From Gemmatimonadota bacterium (GTDB lineage Bacteria; Gemmatimonadota; Gemmatimonadetes; Gemmatimonadales; GWC2-71-9): 64,000 bases of DNA. The stretch spans positions 1,298 through 65,297 of the forward strand of contig QHUB01000017.1 of the NCBI GenBank assembly GCA_003221035.1. Direction: 5' to 3'. Each line of letters begins with the position of its first letter. Within the stretch, counting starts at the first letter, position 1. Shown in pieces: positions 24,938-33,015 of the stretch. A model generated the notes under the pieces. That model did not search any database. It was not told the origin of the DNA and was given only the letters and a program-made list of their open reading frames with translations. The translations under genes were made by a program, and so were the position numbers.

Positions 24938-27328
24938 TTACTCGCCGTACGGAATCCAGATGTTCTTCACTTCCGACGCATGGCGCAGGAACTCGCGGCC
25001 TTCACTCTGACCGGCGTCGAACCAGTCGCGATCACGACTGAAGGTCCACGTGCGCTTCATGTTCGCGGCCGACGCGAGCTCGACGGCTTTCACGCCGGCG
25101 GCCGTTCCGAAGTACCAGATCCCGTCCACGTCATCGTGCTCGGCGAGCACTTTGGCCAGTGCATCCCTGGCCCCGGTGATCACGTTGATGACGCCGTCGG
25201 GGACGTCGGAGGTCTCGAGCACCGTATAGAACTCGGCGGCGGGGATCGGATTGGTCTCGGACGGGATGACGATGACGGCGTTCCCAACCGCGATCGCCGG
25301 CGCGACCAGCGATACGAAGCCGAGGAGGGGCGCAGCGTCAGGAGCGGCGATGCCCAGTACGCCGACGGGTTCGTTCATGGCGAGCGTGACGCCGCGAATC
25401 GGCGTGTGATGGACCGCGCCATCCCACTTGTCGGCCCATCCGGCGTAGGTGAAGAGCCGCGCGATACTCGCGTCGACTTCCTCGCGTCCTACCCGGGCCG
25501 CGAATTCGGCCGCGCGCGTCGCGAGATTCTCGGCGATGAAGTAGAGGATCTGGGCGCGCATGTGACCGCTGCCCCGACCCCACGCGGCGGCGGCATGCGC
25601 CGCTTCGACGGCGTTGCGCACGTCCTTGCGGTTCCCCTCGGCGACTTCGCCGAGCACTCGGCCGTCGGCAGCAACGATTCTGCGAGTATAGCCTTGGTCG
25701 GGCCTGGCCTGCTTCCCTCCGACGAACAGTTTGTACGTGCGATCGATGGGAGGGATCTCTGATGTCGGAATGCGGATTGCGGAATGCGGAATCGACCCAT
25801 CGAGCTTCTCGCCGCCCACCTTGTCATTCCGCATTCCGAATTCCGCATTCCGAGTTTCGTACTCCGGCTTGAGATACTCCCACATCCCCTCGCGCCCACC
25901 CTCTCTCCCGAACCCGGACTCGCGGTATCCGCCGAATCCTGACGCCGCGTCGAACAGGTTGGTGGAGTTTATCCAGACCACGCCGGCCTTCAGTTTCGGC
26001 GCGACGTCGAGCGCGAGGTTGATGTTCTCCGACCACACGCTCGCCGCCAGCCCGTACGGTGTGTTGTTGGCCAGCTCGACGGCTTCCGTGGGCGTCCGGA
26101 ACGTCATACTGACGAGCACCGGCCCGAAGATCTCGACCTGCGCGATCGTCGCGGCGGGAGAGACCTCGGTGAACAGCGTGGGCGGGTAGAAATAGCCTTC
26201 GGTCGGGCACGCCCACGATGGCTGCCACATTTTCGCGCCCTCGACGACGCCCTGCTCGACGAGGCCGCGAATCCGCTCGAGCTGCACCGGCGCCACGATC
26301 GCGCCCATGTCCACGGCTTTGTCGAGCGGCGACCCGACGCGCAACTTCTCCATCCGCGCGCGGAGCTTGTGCGTCAGGCGATCCGCGACCCCCTCCTGCA
26401 CCAACAGTCGCGAGCCGGCGCAGCAGACCTGCCCCTGGTTGAACCAGATCGCGTCCACCACGCCCTCGACGACGCTGTCGAGATCGGCGTCCTCGAACAC
26501 GATGAAGGGACTCTTGCCGCCCAGCTCGAGCGTCAGCTTCTTGCCGCTGCCCGCCGTCGCCTTGCGAATGATGCGACCCACCTCGGTCGAGCCGGTGAAC
26601 GCGATCTTGTGCACGTCGGGGTGCTCGACCAGCACTTTGCCGGTCGCGCCGTCGCCGGTCACCACGTTGAACACGCCGGCGGGCAATCCGGCGGCCTGCG
26701 CGATCTCCGCAAAGCACAGGGCGGTCAGGGGCGTGAATTCGGCAGGCTTCAGGATCACGGTGTTTCCCGCGGCCAGCGCCGGTGCCACCTTCCAGGCCAC
26801 CATGAGCAGCGGGAAATTCCAGGGAATGATTTGGCCGATGACGCCGACGGGCACATAGCCGGGGAATTCGCTGTCGCGCAGCTGCGCCCACCCGGCGTGA
26901 TGATAGAAGTGCCGGGCGACCAGCGGGATATCGAGGTCGCGCGTCTCGCGAATCGGCTTGCCGTTATCGAGGCTCTCGAGCACGGCCAGGAGCCGCGAGT
27001 GCCGCTGCACCTCCCGAGCGAGCGCGTACAGGTAGCGCGCGCGCGCATGCGCCGGCAGTCCGGCCCAGCCCGGCGCGGCGGCGCTGGCGGCCGCGACCGC
27101 GGCGTCGACATCAGCCTTGCTTCCCTGCGCGACGCGCGCGAGCACGACCTTGGTGGCTGGGTTGATCGTCTCGAAGAACTGCCCTTCACTCGGCTGGGCC
27201 CAGCGGCCGTTGCTGAAGTGGCCGAAGCGTCCGTTGTCGTGCTGGCGGATCCACTCCAGCGCCGGTGCCTCGCTCTCTGGCGCCGGTCCATACTCCATCG
27301 TTTCGAACAGCTTGGCGACGGTGGCCAT
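24938..27328 (-). CDS. Tandem aldehyde dehydrogenase family protein (full ALDH domain plus second partial ALDH-like domain)
   Basis: 796 aa. The first ~500 aa carry FTGSTEVG, ELGGKSP and NQGQVCCAGSR (catalytic Cys). The last ~270 aa repeat the N-terminal ALDH pattern (YKLFVGGK..., ..NEPVGVLGIAAP..) without the Cys motif. The linker is encoded by the heptamer inverted repeat. Confidence 0.9.
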   Translation of the reverse strand: MATVAKLFETMEYGPAPESEAPALEWIRQHDNGRFGHFSNGRWAQPSEGQFFETINPATKVVLARVAQGSKADVDAAVAAASAAAPGWAGLPAHARARYLYALAREVQRHSRLLAVLESLDNGKPIRETRDLDIPLVARHFYHHAGWAQLRDSEFPGYVPVGVIGQIIPWNFPLLMVAWKVAPALAAGNTVILKPAEFTPLTALCFAEIAQAAGLPAGVFNVVTGDGATGKVLVEHPDVHKIAFTGSTEVGRIIRKATAGSGKKLTLELGGKSPFIVFEDADLDSVVEGVVDAIWFNQGQVCCAGSRLLVQEGVADRLTHKLRARMEKLRVGSPLDKAVDMGAIVAPVQLERIRGLVEQGVVEGAKMWQPSWACPTEGYFYPPTLFTEVSPAATIAQVEIFGPVLVSMTFRTPTEAVELANNTPYGLAASVWSENINLALDVAPKLKAGVVWINSTNLFDAASGFGGYRESGFGREGGREGMWEYLKPEYETRNAEFGMRNDKVGGEKLDGSIPHSAIRIPTSEIPPIDRTYKLFVGGKQARPDQGYTRRIVAADGRVLGEVAEGNRKDVRNAVEAAHAAAAWGRGSGHMRAQILYFIAENLATRAAEFAARVGREEVDASIARLFTYAGWADKWDGAVHHTPIRGVTLAMNEPVGVLGIAAPDAAPLLGFVSLVAPAIAVGNAVIVIPSETNPIPAAEFYTVLETSDVPDGVINVITGARDALAKVLAEHDDVDGIWYFGTAAGVKAVELASAANMKRTWTFSRDRDWFDAGQSEGREFLRHASEVKNIWIPYGE
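25766..25852. repeat. Inverted pair of 4 x 7-nt heptamer arrays (CGGAATG)4 ... (CATTCCG)4 with 31-nt spacer
   Basis: Left arm 25766..25793: cggaatg cggattg cggaatg cggaatc. Right arm 25825..25852: cattccg cattccg aattccg cattccg. Total 87 nt, in frame, inside the ALDH inter-domain linker. Confidence 0.85.
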
Positions 27329-28336
27329 CTACACCATGGGGTGACGGTGGGCGGCCGCGTAGCGCCCCGTCACGAAATGCTCGAGCTGGCGCTCGATGTC
27401 GGTCAAGAGTGCGCTCGCGCCCAGCCGGAACAGGGCCGGCCTTAGCCAGCGATCCCCCAGCTCTTCCTTCATGAGGATCAGCCAGTCGAGCGACTGCTTG
27501 GCGGTGCGAATGCCGCCCGCCGGTTTGAAGCCGACGGCGTGACCGGTGCGCAGCTCGTACTCTCGGATCATGCGCGTCATCACCACGCCGACGGGCAGGA
27601 CCGCGTTGACCGCCTCTTTGCCGGTGGACGTCTTGATGAAATCCGCCCCCGCCATCATGGCCACCATGCTCGCGCGCGCGACGTTCGTGAGCGTCGCCAG
27701 ATCGCCCGTGCCGAGGATCGCTTTCATGTGCGCGCGGCCGCACGCGTCGCGGAACGCGCGGACTTCGGCGTAGAGCGCGGGCCAGTCGCCCGTGAGGACG
27801 TGCGCGCGCGTGATCACGATGTCGATCTCCTGCGCGCCGGCGGCGACTGAGGCCTGCACCTCCTCGAGGCGTTGCGCGAATGGACTCAGCCCGGCGGGAA
27901 AGCCGGTCGAGACCGCGGCGACGGGAATGCCGGATCCCTCGAGTGCCGCGACTGCTGTGGGCACGAGCGCGTGGTACACGCACACCGCGCCGACCTTGAT
28001 GTCGAGATGGGCGACGCCGAGGGCGTCGATCAGGTCAGGGCGAAGTGGGCGCCGTGCCTTGGCGCACAGCCGCAAGACGTTGCCGGGCGTGTCGTCGCCC
28101 TGGAGCGTCGTCAGATCCATGCAGGTGATCGCCCGGAGCAGCCAGGCCGCCTGCCATTCCTTCTTTACTGTGCGGCGCGTGGGGATCGTGGCGGCGCGGC
28201 GCTCCACCGCGCTGCGATTCACCCGCAGGCTGCGGATGACGTCGAGATCGAGCGGCAGCCCCGCATTACGATCGTCCTCGATGGCGGGAGGAGGACGCAC
28301 CGCCGGGGAGCGGAGCCGATCGTGGAGAGCCTTCAT
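27329..28336 (-). CDS. deoC: Deoxyribose-phosphate aldolase (long, DERA-like form)
   Basis: 335 aa. ..CMDLTTLQGDDT.., ..VAAVSTGFPAG.., ..ADFIKTSTGKE.. (Schiff-base Lys region). Confidence 0.85.
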   Translation of the reverse strand: MKALHDRLRSPAVRPPPAIEDDRNAGLPLDLDVIRSLRVNRSAVERRAATIPTRRTVKKEWQAAWLLRAITCMDLTTLQGDDTPGNVLRLCAKARRPLRPDLIDALGVAHLDIKVGAVCVYHALVPTAVAALEGSGIPVAAVSTGFPAGLSPFAQRLEEVQASVAAGAQEIDIVITRAHVLTGDWPALYAEVRAFRDACGRAHMKAILGTGDLATLTNVARASMVAMMAGADFIKTSTGKEAVNAVLPVGVVMTRMIREYELRTGHAVGFKPAGGIRTAKQSLDWLILMKEELGDRWLRPALFRLGASALLTDIERQLEHFVTGRYAAAHRHPMV

Positions 28337-28370
28337 GATGGCGGGAGAATGCGAACCGCCGCTGCAAAAG

Positions 28371-29555
28371 TCAACGCGGGACCGGCACTCCCGCGCCGAG
28401 GCGGCAGGAATTTACCGCGGCGAGCTCCTGCGCCTGCAGGCATTGCTGCTCGCGCTCCGGCAGCCCCGCGAGCAGCGTCGCGATTTCCTCGCCGAGGGCC
28501 TGATAGCACGTCGGACCGCCCGCCTCGTGCCCGACGATGCGGCAGAACGCGAACGCCGATTCGGTCGTCGCGGTCCAGTCGACGAGCGCCTTCACCGCGC
28601 CGAAATAGCAGGAGGAACGGTATGGCTCGGCGGCTTTGTGGCAGAGGTCCGATGTCTTCTGGGGATCGCGCGATGTATACGATGTGATGTCACGCCCCAG
28701 GCTCTGAAAGCAGATTGGCCGGACGGTCGCGGGGGCGCGCTCGCACGACTTCGCGGCATCGCCGATGTCGCCGTGATTCAGGTTCAACATCACCGATGTC
28801 TGCATTTGATAGCAGGCGTGCAGATACTTGTCGGCCATGATCGAGCACGGGTACAGCGGATCGGCGGGATCGAGCGCCTTGAACGGCGTGCCGCTCATGT
28901 GGTGATGACTGTGCATCGCGAGCATGGTTGCCGGATGATGCGGGGCGGTCGCGTTGATGACGCTTTCCATGAAGGCACCGCCGTAACACGATTCGCGGTC
29001 CCATCCATCCGACAGCATATCGCAGTCGGTGAGCGCGCGCGGCAGGTCATGCCCATACAGCATGGTCAAGCCGTGGCCCATGCCATGGACGCACTGAAAC
29101 AGCACCCAGCGACTGGCGCCCGGCATCTTGAATGGCTGGCACAGCGCCTCGACCTCGGGCTGGGTCACCTGGTCGCGCGACTCAAAGTAGGCCTGGATCA
29201 CCCCATGTCGGCAGCCGGACGAGAAGCCGTCCCCGCACTCGGTGAACGTGGCCGGTATATCGGATGAAAGGGCATACGCCTCGATGCCGATGCCGTGCGC
29301 GAACTCATGCGCATGCTCCGCGGCATCGCCGTCGGACGCGGCGAGCGCGTCGAGCGTCTTGACCGCGTCGGCAACCCCGTGCTGCCTGAGACGCTCCGAC
29401 AGGACCTGCGAGTAGCACGTGCGGCGCTGCTCGCCCGCAAAGCGGCGGCAGGCCTCACCCGGACCACCCTTCCCCGCCGGGGTGAACCGGTTCGCCGCAA
29501 TCCCGACCAGCGCGACGACGCCCATGGCGAGCAGCAGCTTGTGTGTCTGAGTCAT
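28371..29555 (-). CDS. Membrane-anchored/secreted Cys-pair repeat protein with His/Met-rich patch (uncharacterised)
   Basis: 394 aa with an N-terminal hydrophobic helix (LLLAMGVVALVGIAA). Nine repeats of C-x(7-15)-C-[YFRV]-x-[GQSA], plus HHPATMLAMHSHHHM. Confidence 0.7.
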   Translation of the reverse strand: MTQTHKLLLAMGVVALVGIAANRFTPAGKGGPGEACRRFAGEQRRTCYSQVLSERLRQHGVADAVKTLDALAASDGDAAEHAHEFAHGIGIEAYALSSDIPATFTECGDGFSSGCRHGVIQAYFESRDQVTQPEVEALCQPFKMPGASRWVLFQCVHGMGHGLTMLYGHDLPRALTDCDMLSDGWDRESCYGGAFMESVINATAPHHPATMLAMHSHHHMSGTPFKALDPADPLYPCSIMADKYLHACYQMQTSVMLNLNHGDIGDAAKSCERAPATVRPICFQSLGRDITSYTSRDPQKTSDLCHKAAEPYRSSCYFGAVKALVDWTATTESAFAFCRIVGHEAGGPTCYQALGEEIATLLAGLPEREQQCLQAQELAAVNSCRLGAGVPVPR

Positions 29556-29608
29556 GGCTCAACAGTAATGTGCTTGCGTGCGTGATTCCAGCTTCCTAAG
29601 CTTGGGCC

Positions 29609-30352
29609 GTGCGAGTCATCGTCGTTGCCGATGCGCACCTCGGCCAGGTGCCTGCGGCGGTCGGCCGGGCGTTCCATGCATTTCTGGAAGAGATCCCGCA
29701 GCCGGGGGATCACCTGGTGCTCACCGGCGATCTGTTCGACTTCTGGTTCGAGTATCGCAGCGTAATCCCCCGCAAACATTTTGCGACCGTCACCAGGCTG
29801 CAGGAGGTTCGCGCGCGCGGCATCCCCATCACCTTCGTCGGGGGAAACCACGACCGCTGGGGCGGCACCTTCTTCACCGAAGATCTCGGCATTCAGTTTT
29901 TCGCCGGCGAGGTGGAGCTCGAGCTGGCCGGCCGGACCGTCTTCATCGCGCACGGCGACGGCCTCACCGAGCAGCACTGGAGCGGCGCGCTCATGCACCG
30001 CTTTACGCGCAACCGTCTCGCGATCGCCGTATTTCGGACGCTTCATCCGACGATCGGGTTCTGGATCGCCGATCTCTTCTCGCGCCATCTGGCCGACAAT
30101 ACAAAGGATCGCGCGGTGCTCGATCGCGCCGCGGCGGCGCAACGCAAATGGGCGGCCGATTTTCTCGGCGCGCACCCCGCCGTGCAGCTCGTCATCATGG
30201 CACACACACACCGGCCGATGCTGGACCGGCGTCCCGACGGTCGGACGTTTCTCAATCCGGGGGCGTTTTTGGACGGCGGGCGGTATGCCGTGATTACGGC
30301 TGATGCGGTGGAGCTGAAGCAGTTCACAACGGAGCGACTTCCACCTGCTTGA
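29609..30352 (+). CDS. lpxH: UDP-2,3-diacylglucosamine hydrolase (LpxH-like metallophosphoesterase)
   Basis: 247 aa. VVADAHLG, LTGDLFDFWFEY, GGNHDRW, AHGDG and MAHTHRP motifs. Confidence 0.8.
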   Translation: MRVIVVADAHLGQVPAAVGRAFHAFLEEIPQPGDHLVLTGDLFDFWFEYRSVIPRKHFATVTRLQEVRARGIPITFVGGNHDRWGGTFFTEDLGIQFFAGEVELELAGRTVFIAHGDGLTEQHWSGALMHRFTRNRLAIAVFRTLHPTIGFWIADLFSRHLADNTKDRAVLDRAAAAQRKWAADFLGAHPAVQLVIMAHTHRPMLDRRPDGRTFLNPGAFLDGGRYAVITADAVELKQFTTERLPPA

Positions 30353-31118
30353 GCTTCCCGCCCAGGAACAGGGCGCCCACTTTCCGAAAGTGCGGCTCGT
30401 CATCGGACACCACGAAGCGATGCTCGTGCGCGCCGCCGTTCGCGAGCAGACCCTGCCGCTCCAGCTCATCCGAGACCACCTTCGCGGTTTCTTCCGCTGA
30501 ATCGACGAGCTTCACGTCCGGTCCCATCACGCGCGACAGCAGCTTCTTGAGCAGCGGATAGTGCGTGCAACCGAGGACGAGCACGTCCACCTGGGCGCGT
30601 TTGAGCGGCTCGAGGTATTCACGCGCGATCAACTCGGCGGCGGGATGGTCGAACCATCCTTCCTCGACGAGTGGCACGAACAGGGGACAGGGCCGGCTGT
30701 AGACGCGCACATCGGGACGCAACGCCGTGATCGCGCGCTCGTATGCGCCGCTGGCGATCGTGCCGGCGGTGCCGATCACCCCGATCGTTCCGGTTTTGGT
30801 GGCGGCGACCGCGGCGCGCGCGCCCGGTTCGATCACCCCGACGACCGGGACCGAGGATCGCTCTTTCAGATATCCGAGCGCATGGGCGGTGCTCGTGTTG
30901 CATGCTATCACGACGGCTTTGACGCCGCGTTTCAGCAGGTAGGCGAGGATCTCCGCGCTGTAGCGACGCACGGTGTCGGGAGACTTTGGGCCATAGGGGA
31001 CGCGTGCCGTGTCGCCGAAATAGATGATGGACTCATTCGGCAAGCGCTCGAACAACGCGCGCGCGACGGTCAACCCGCCGATCCCCGAATCGAATACGCC
31101 GAGCGGCGCCTTATTCAT
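30324..31118 (-). CDS. murI: Glutamate racemase
   Basis: 264 aa. GVFDSGIGGLTV, ..VIACNTSTA.., ..LVLGCTHYPLL.. Confidence 0.9.
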   Translation of the reverse strand: MNKAPLGVFDSGIGGLTVARALFERLPNESIIYFGDTARVPYGPKSPDTVRRYSAEILAYLLKRGVKAVVIACNTSTAHALGYLKERSSVPVVGVIEPGARAAVAATKTGTIGVIGTAGTIASGAYERAITALRPDVRVYSRPCPLFVPLVEEGWFDHPAAELIAREYLEPLKRAQVDVLVLGCTHYPLLKKLLSRVMGPDVKLVDSAEETAKVVSDELERQGLLANGGAHEHRFVVSDDEPHFRKVGALFLGGKLKQVEVAPL

Positions 31119-31623
31119 GGATCGGGCTGGGGAGCGTGATGCCGATGCCGCCGGGATACGCCTGCACCTTGAGATCCGGCGGGAAGTCGCGCAAATGCGC
31201 GGAGACGTACGCCTCGGCGCCCGAAAAGAAGTGGTTGAAGATCCACAGCACGAGCCAGTCCTGCACTTCCTGCCGCTTCTGCACCTGATTGGGCGAATTG
31301 ATCGCCTTCATGTAGTTCGCTTCCTGACGCGCCTTCAATGTCATCATCGCGGTCACGCCTTCCCACGCGACGAACACCGAGCCGGTCATCGGCCGCCCCG
31401 TCGCCGCCTGCCCCCAACCCGGCAGCACGAGTGAGCGCAGGAACGCGCCCATGGGCTTCACGCCGGGACGCAGCGTATCTGCCGGCAGGGCCAGATGCGT
31501 CGTGTCCGGTCGCGTCGTAACCGCTCGCGTCGTGTCCTGACCTGCAAGTCTGCACGTCGGGACGACGGCGAGAGCGAGCGCGAACGCGACTGCGTGCCGG
31601 CGTGCCGGCGTGCCGACGTGCAT
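31111..31623 (-). CDS. Hypothetical secreted/membrane protein (DUF5683-like, tentative)
   Basis: 170 aa from the ATG at 31623 with a signal peptide (AVAFALALAVVPTC). ..LVLPGWGQAATG.. motif. Contains a 3 x 15-nt in-frame tandem repeat. Confidence 0.5.
   Translation of the reverse strand: MHVGTPARRHAVAFALALAVVPTCRLAGQDTTRAVTTRPDTTHLALPADTLRPGVKPMGAFLRSLVLPGWGQAATGRPMTGSVFVAWEGVTAMMTLKARQEANYMKAINSPNQVQKRQEVQDWLVLWIFNHFFSGAEAYVSAHLRDFPPDLKVQAYPGGIGITLPSPIHE
31497..31541. repeat. 3 x 15-nt in-frame tandem repeat
   Basis: gcgtcgtgtccggtc / gcgtcgtaaccgctc / gcgtcgtgtcctgac, encoding (x-x-T-T-R/H)3 in the N-terminal region of the 31111..31623 protein. Confidence 0.7.
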
Positions 31624-31625
31624 GG

Positions 31626-32516
31626 TCAGCGAGCTACCAAGACGTTGAGTCGCCCGCGCTCCAGCTCCACCGTGCATTCATTCACTCCTGGTTCTCGCAA
31701 TTCGCCGTCGACGTGGACGAGCAACGGCTCTTCCGGCGCGCGAATCGTCAGCTTCGCCGTTTTGATCAGCGCCACCTCGCGCATGCGCACGTGGGTGCCG
31801 AGCATCACGCGCGGAATCGCGAGCAGGAAGCGCGGCAGCGATACGCGGCGAATCAGACAGACGTCCAGCTTGCCGTCCGCCGGATCGGCGTCGGGCGCGA
31901 ACCTGTAGTTGCCGCCCGCCGTGGTCCCGTTGCACACCTCGACCATCATCATGTACCCCCGCTCGCGAAACCCGGGAGCCGCGACGTCGAGCACCGGTGG
32001 CTGAAACCGGAAGAACGTCTGCACGATCGGCACGAGATAAGATAGAAAGCCGCGCAGGCGATTCGCGTTCCGCGCCTTCACGACGGCCGGCCCGAAGCCG
32101 AATCCGACGCTGTTCACGAACCATTCGTCGAACACGCGGCCCGCATCGAAGCGCCGGGAACGTGCCGTGACCAGGCGGGCCACGGCGCTGGCGACGTCGT
32201 GACCATGCACGCCGGTGAGCTTGGCAAAATCGTTTCCCGACCCCATCGGAACCACACCGAGCGCGGCGTCACTGTAGGAGCGCAGCAGGCCGTTCGCGAC
32301 TTCGTGGACCGTGCCGTCGCCGCCGACCGCCACGATATGCTTCGCACCCTGGCGCGCGGCCTGGGCCGCGAGCTCCTGGCCGTGCCCCGGTCCCTCGGTA
32401 CGCACGATGTCCACTGCCCATCCCTGGGCCCGGAACGCGCGCGCCACGCCGGACTCGGCGCGCCGGGCGGCGCCCCGTCCCGCGGCGGGATTCAGGATTA
32501 CCTGTGCATGTAGCAC
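31626..32516 (-). CDS. Diacylglycerol-kinase-family lipid kinase (YegS/LCB5-like)
   Basis: 296 aa. ..IVAVGGDGTVHEVANGL.., ..GVVPMGSGNDFAK.. Confidence 0.85.
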   Translation of the reverse strand: MLHAQVILNPAAGRGAARRAESGVARAFRAQGWAVDIVRTEGPGHGQELAAQAARQGAKHIVAVGGDGTVHEVANGLLRSYSDAALGVVPMGSGNDFAKLTGVHGHDVASAVARLVTARSRRFDAGRVFDEWFVNSVGFGFGPAVVKARNANRLRGFLSYLVPIVQTFFRFQPPVLDVAAPGFRERGYMMMVEVCNGTTAGGNYRFAPDADPADGKLDVCLIRRVSLPRFLLAIPRVMLGTHVRMREVALIKTAKLTIRAPEEPLLVHVDGELREPGVNECTVELERGRLNVLVAR

Positions 32517-32535
32517 GCGGAAAACAAGATACGAA

Positions 32536-32563
32536 GTAGGGGCGCAGCATGCTGCGCCCCTAC
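32536..32563. repeat. REP-like 28-nt perfect palindrome GTAGGGGCGCAGCATGCTGCGCCCCTAC
   Basis: 14+14 nt perfect inverted repeat in the intergenic gap between the lipid kinase start and the paralog-1 stop. A second copy lies at 47457..47484. Confidence 0.85.
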
Positions 32564-32602
32564 AGGATCTTCTCGTAGCACCTGACGTCTTACCGAGCGG
32601 GG

Positions 32603-32947
32603 TTACTTCGCGAGATAGTGCTCGTCCCAGTCGATCGCGAATTCAACCCTGCAGCGCAGGCACGCCATCCGGCTGGGGCGGCCGCGGAAGGCCACGCGAT
32701 CGCGACACGAGGGACACACCAGGTAGTGCTCACCAACATCGATCGAGTGCGGCACGTTCTGCGGCCGCGGCACGACGGTCCATTTACGCGGTGGTGTCTT
32801 CGACACTTGCAGGAAGGCACTGACCACCGCGACGGGCATCCCCTTCACATCCACTACCGCTGCGAGGCCCTGGGCTTTGATCAGCCGGTACCACGCACCC
32901 CGCCGCAGATTACAGTTCACATCGGCCTGCAGACGAGCCCACACCAT
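32603..32947 (-). CDS. Small zinc-ribbon protein, paralog 1 (uncharacterised family)
   Basis: 114 aa. LRRGAWYRL, PRKWTVVP, YLVCPSCRDR...CLRCRVEFAIDW. Confidence 0.7.
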   Translation of the reverse strand: MVWARLQADVNCNLRRGAWYRLIKAQGLAAVVDVKGMPVAVVSAFLQVSKTPPRKWTVVPRPQNVPHSIDVGEHYLVCPSCRDRVAFRGRPSRMACLRCRVEFAIDWDEHYLAK

Positions 32948-33015
32948 CGGTCACACTCGGGCGTCGAAGGGACGACAACAGTAACAACCACCAACCGCCT
33001 CCGAAGTGACCATGG

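Noticed and set aside
25766-25852. Possibility that the heptamer arrays are a CRISPR array
   Set aside because: The units are 7 nt, directly abutting with no spacers. They are only 4-8 copies long, lie inside coding regions, and no cas genes are present.
28337-28370. TTGACT-17-CATTCT promoter-like sequence between the Cys-repeat gene and deoC
   Set aside because: The -10 match is poor (3 of 6), and the -35 overlaps the upstream stop codon. It could easily be a chance match.
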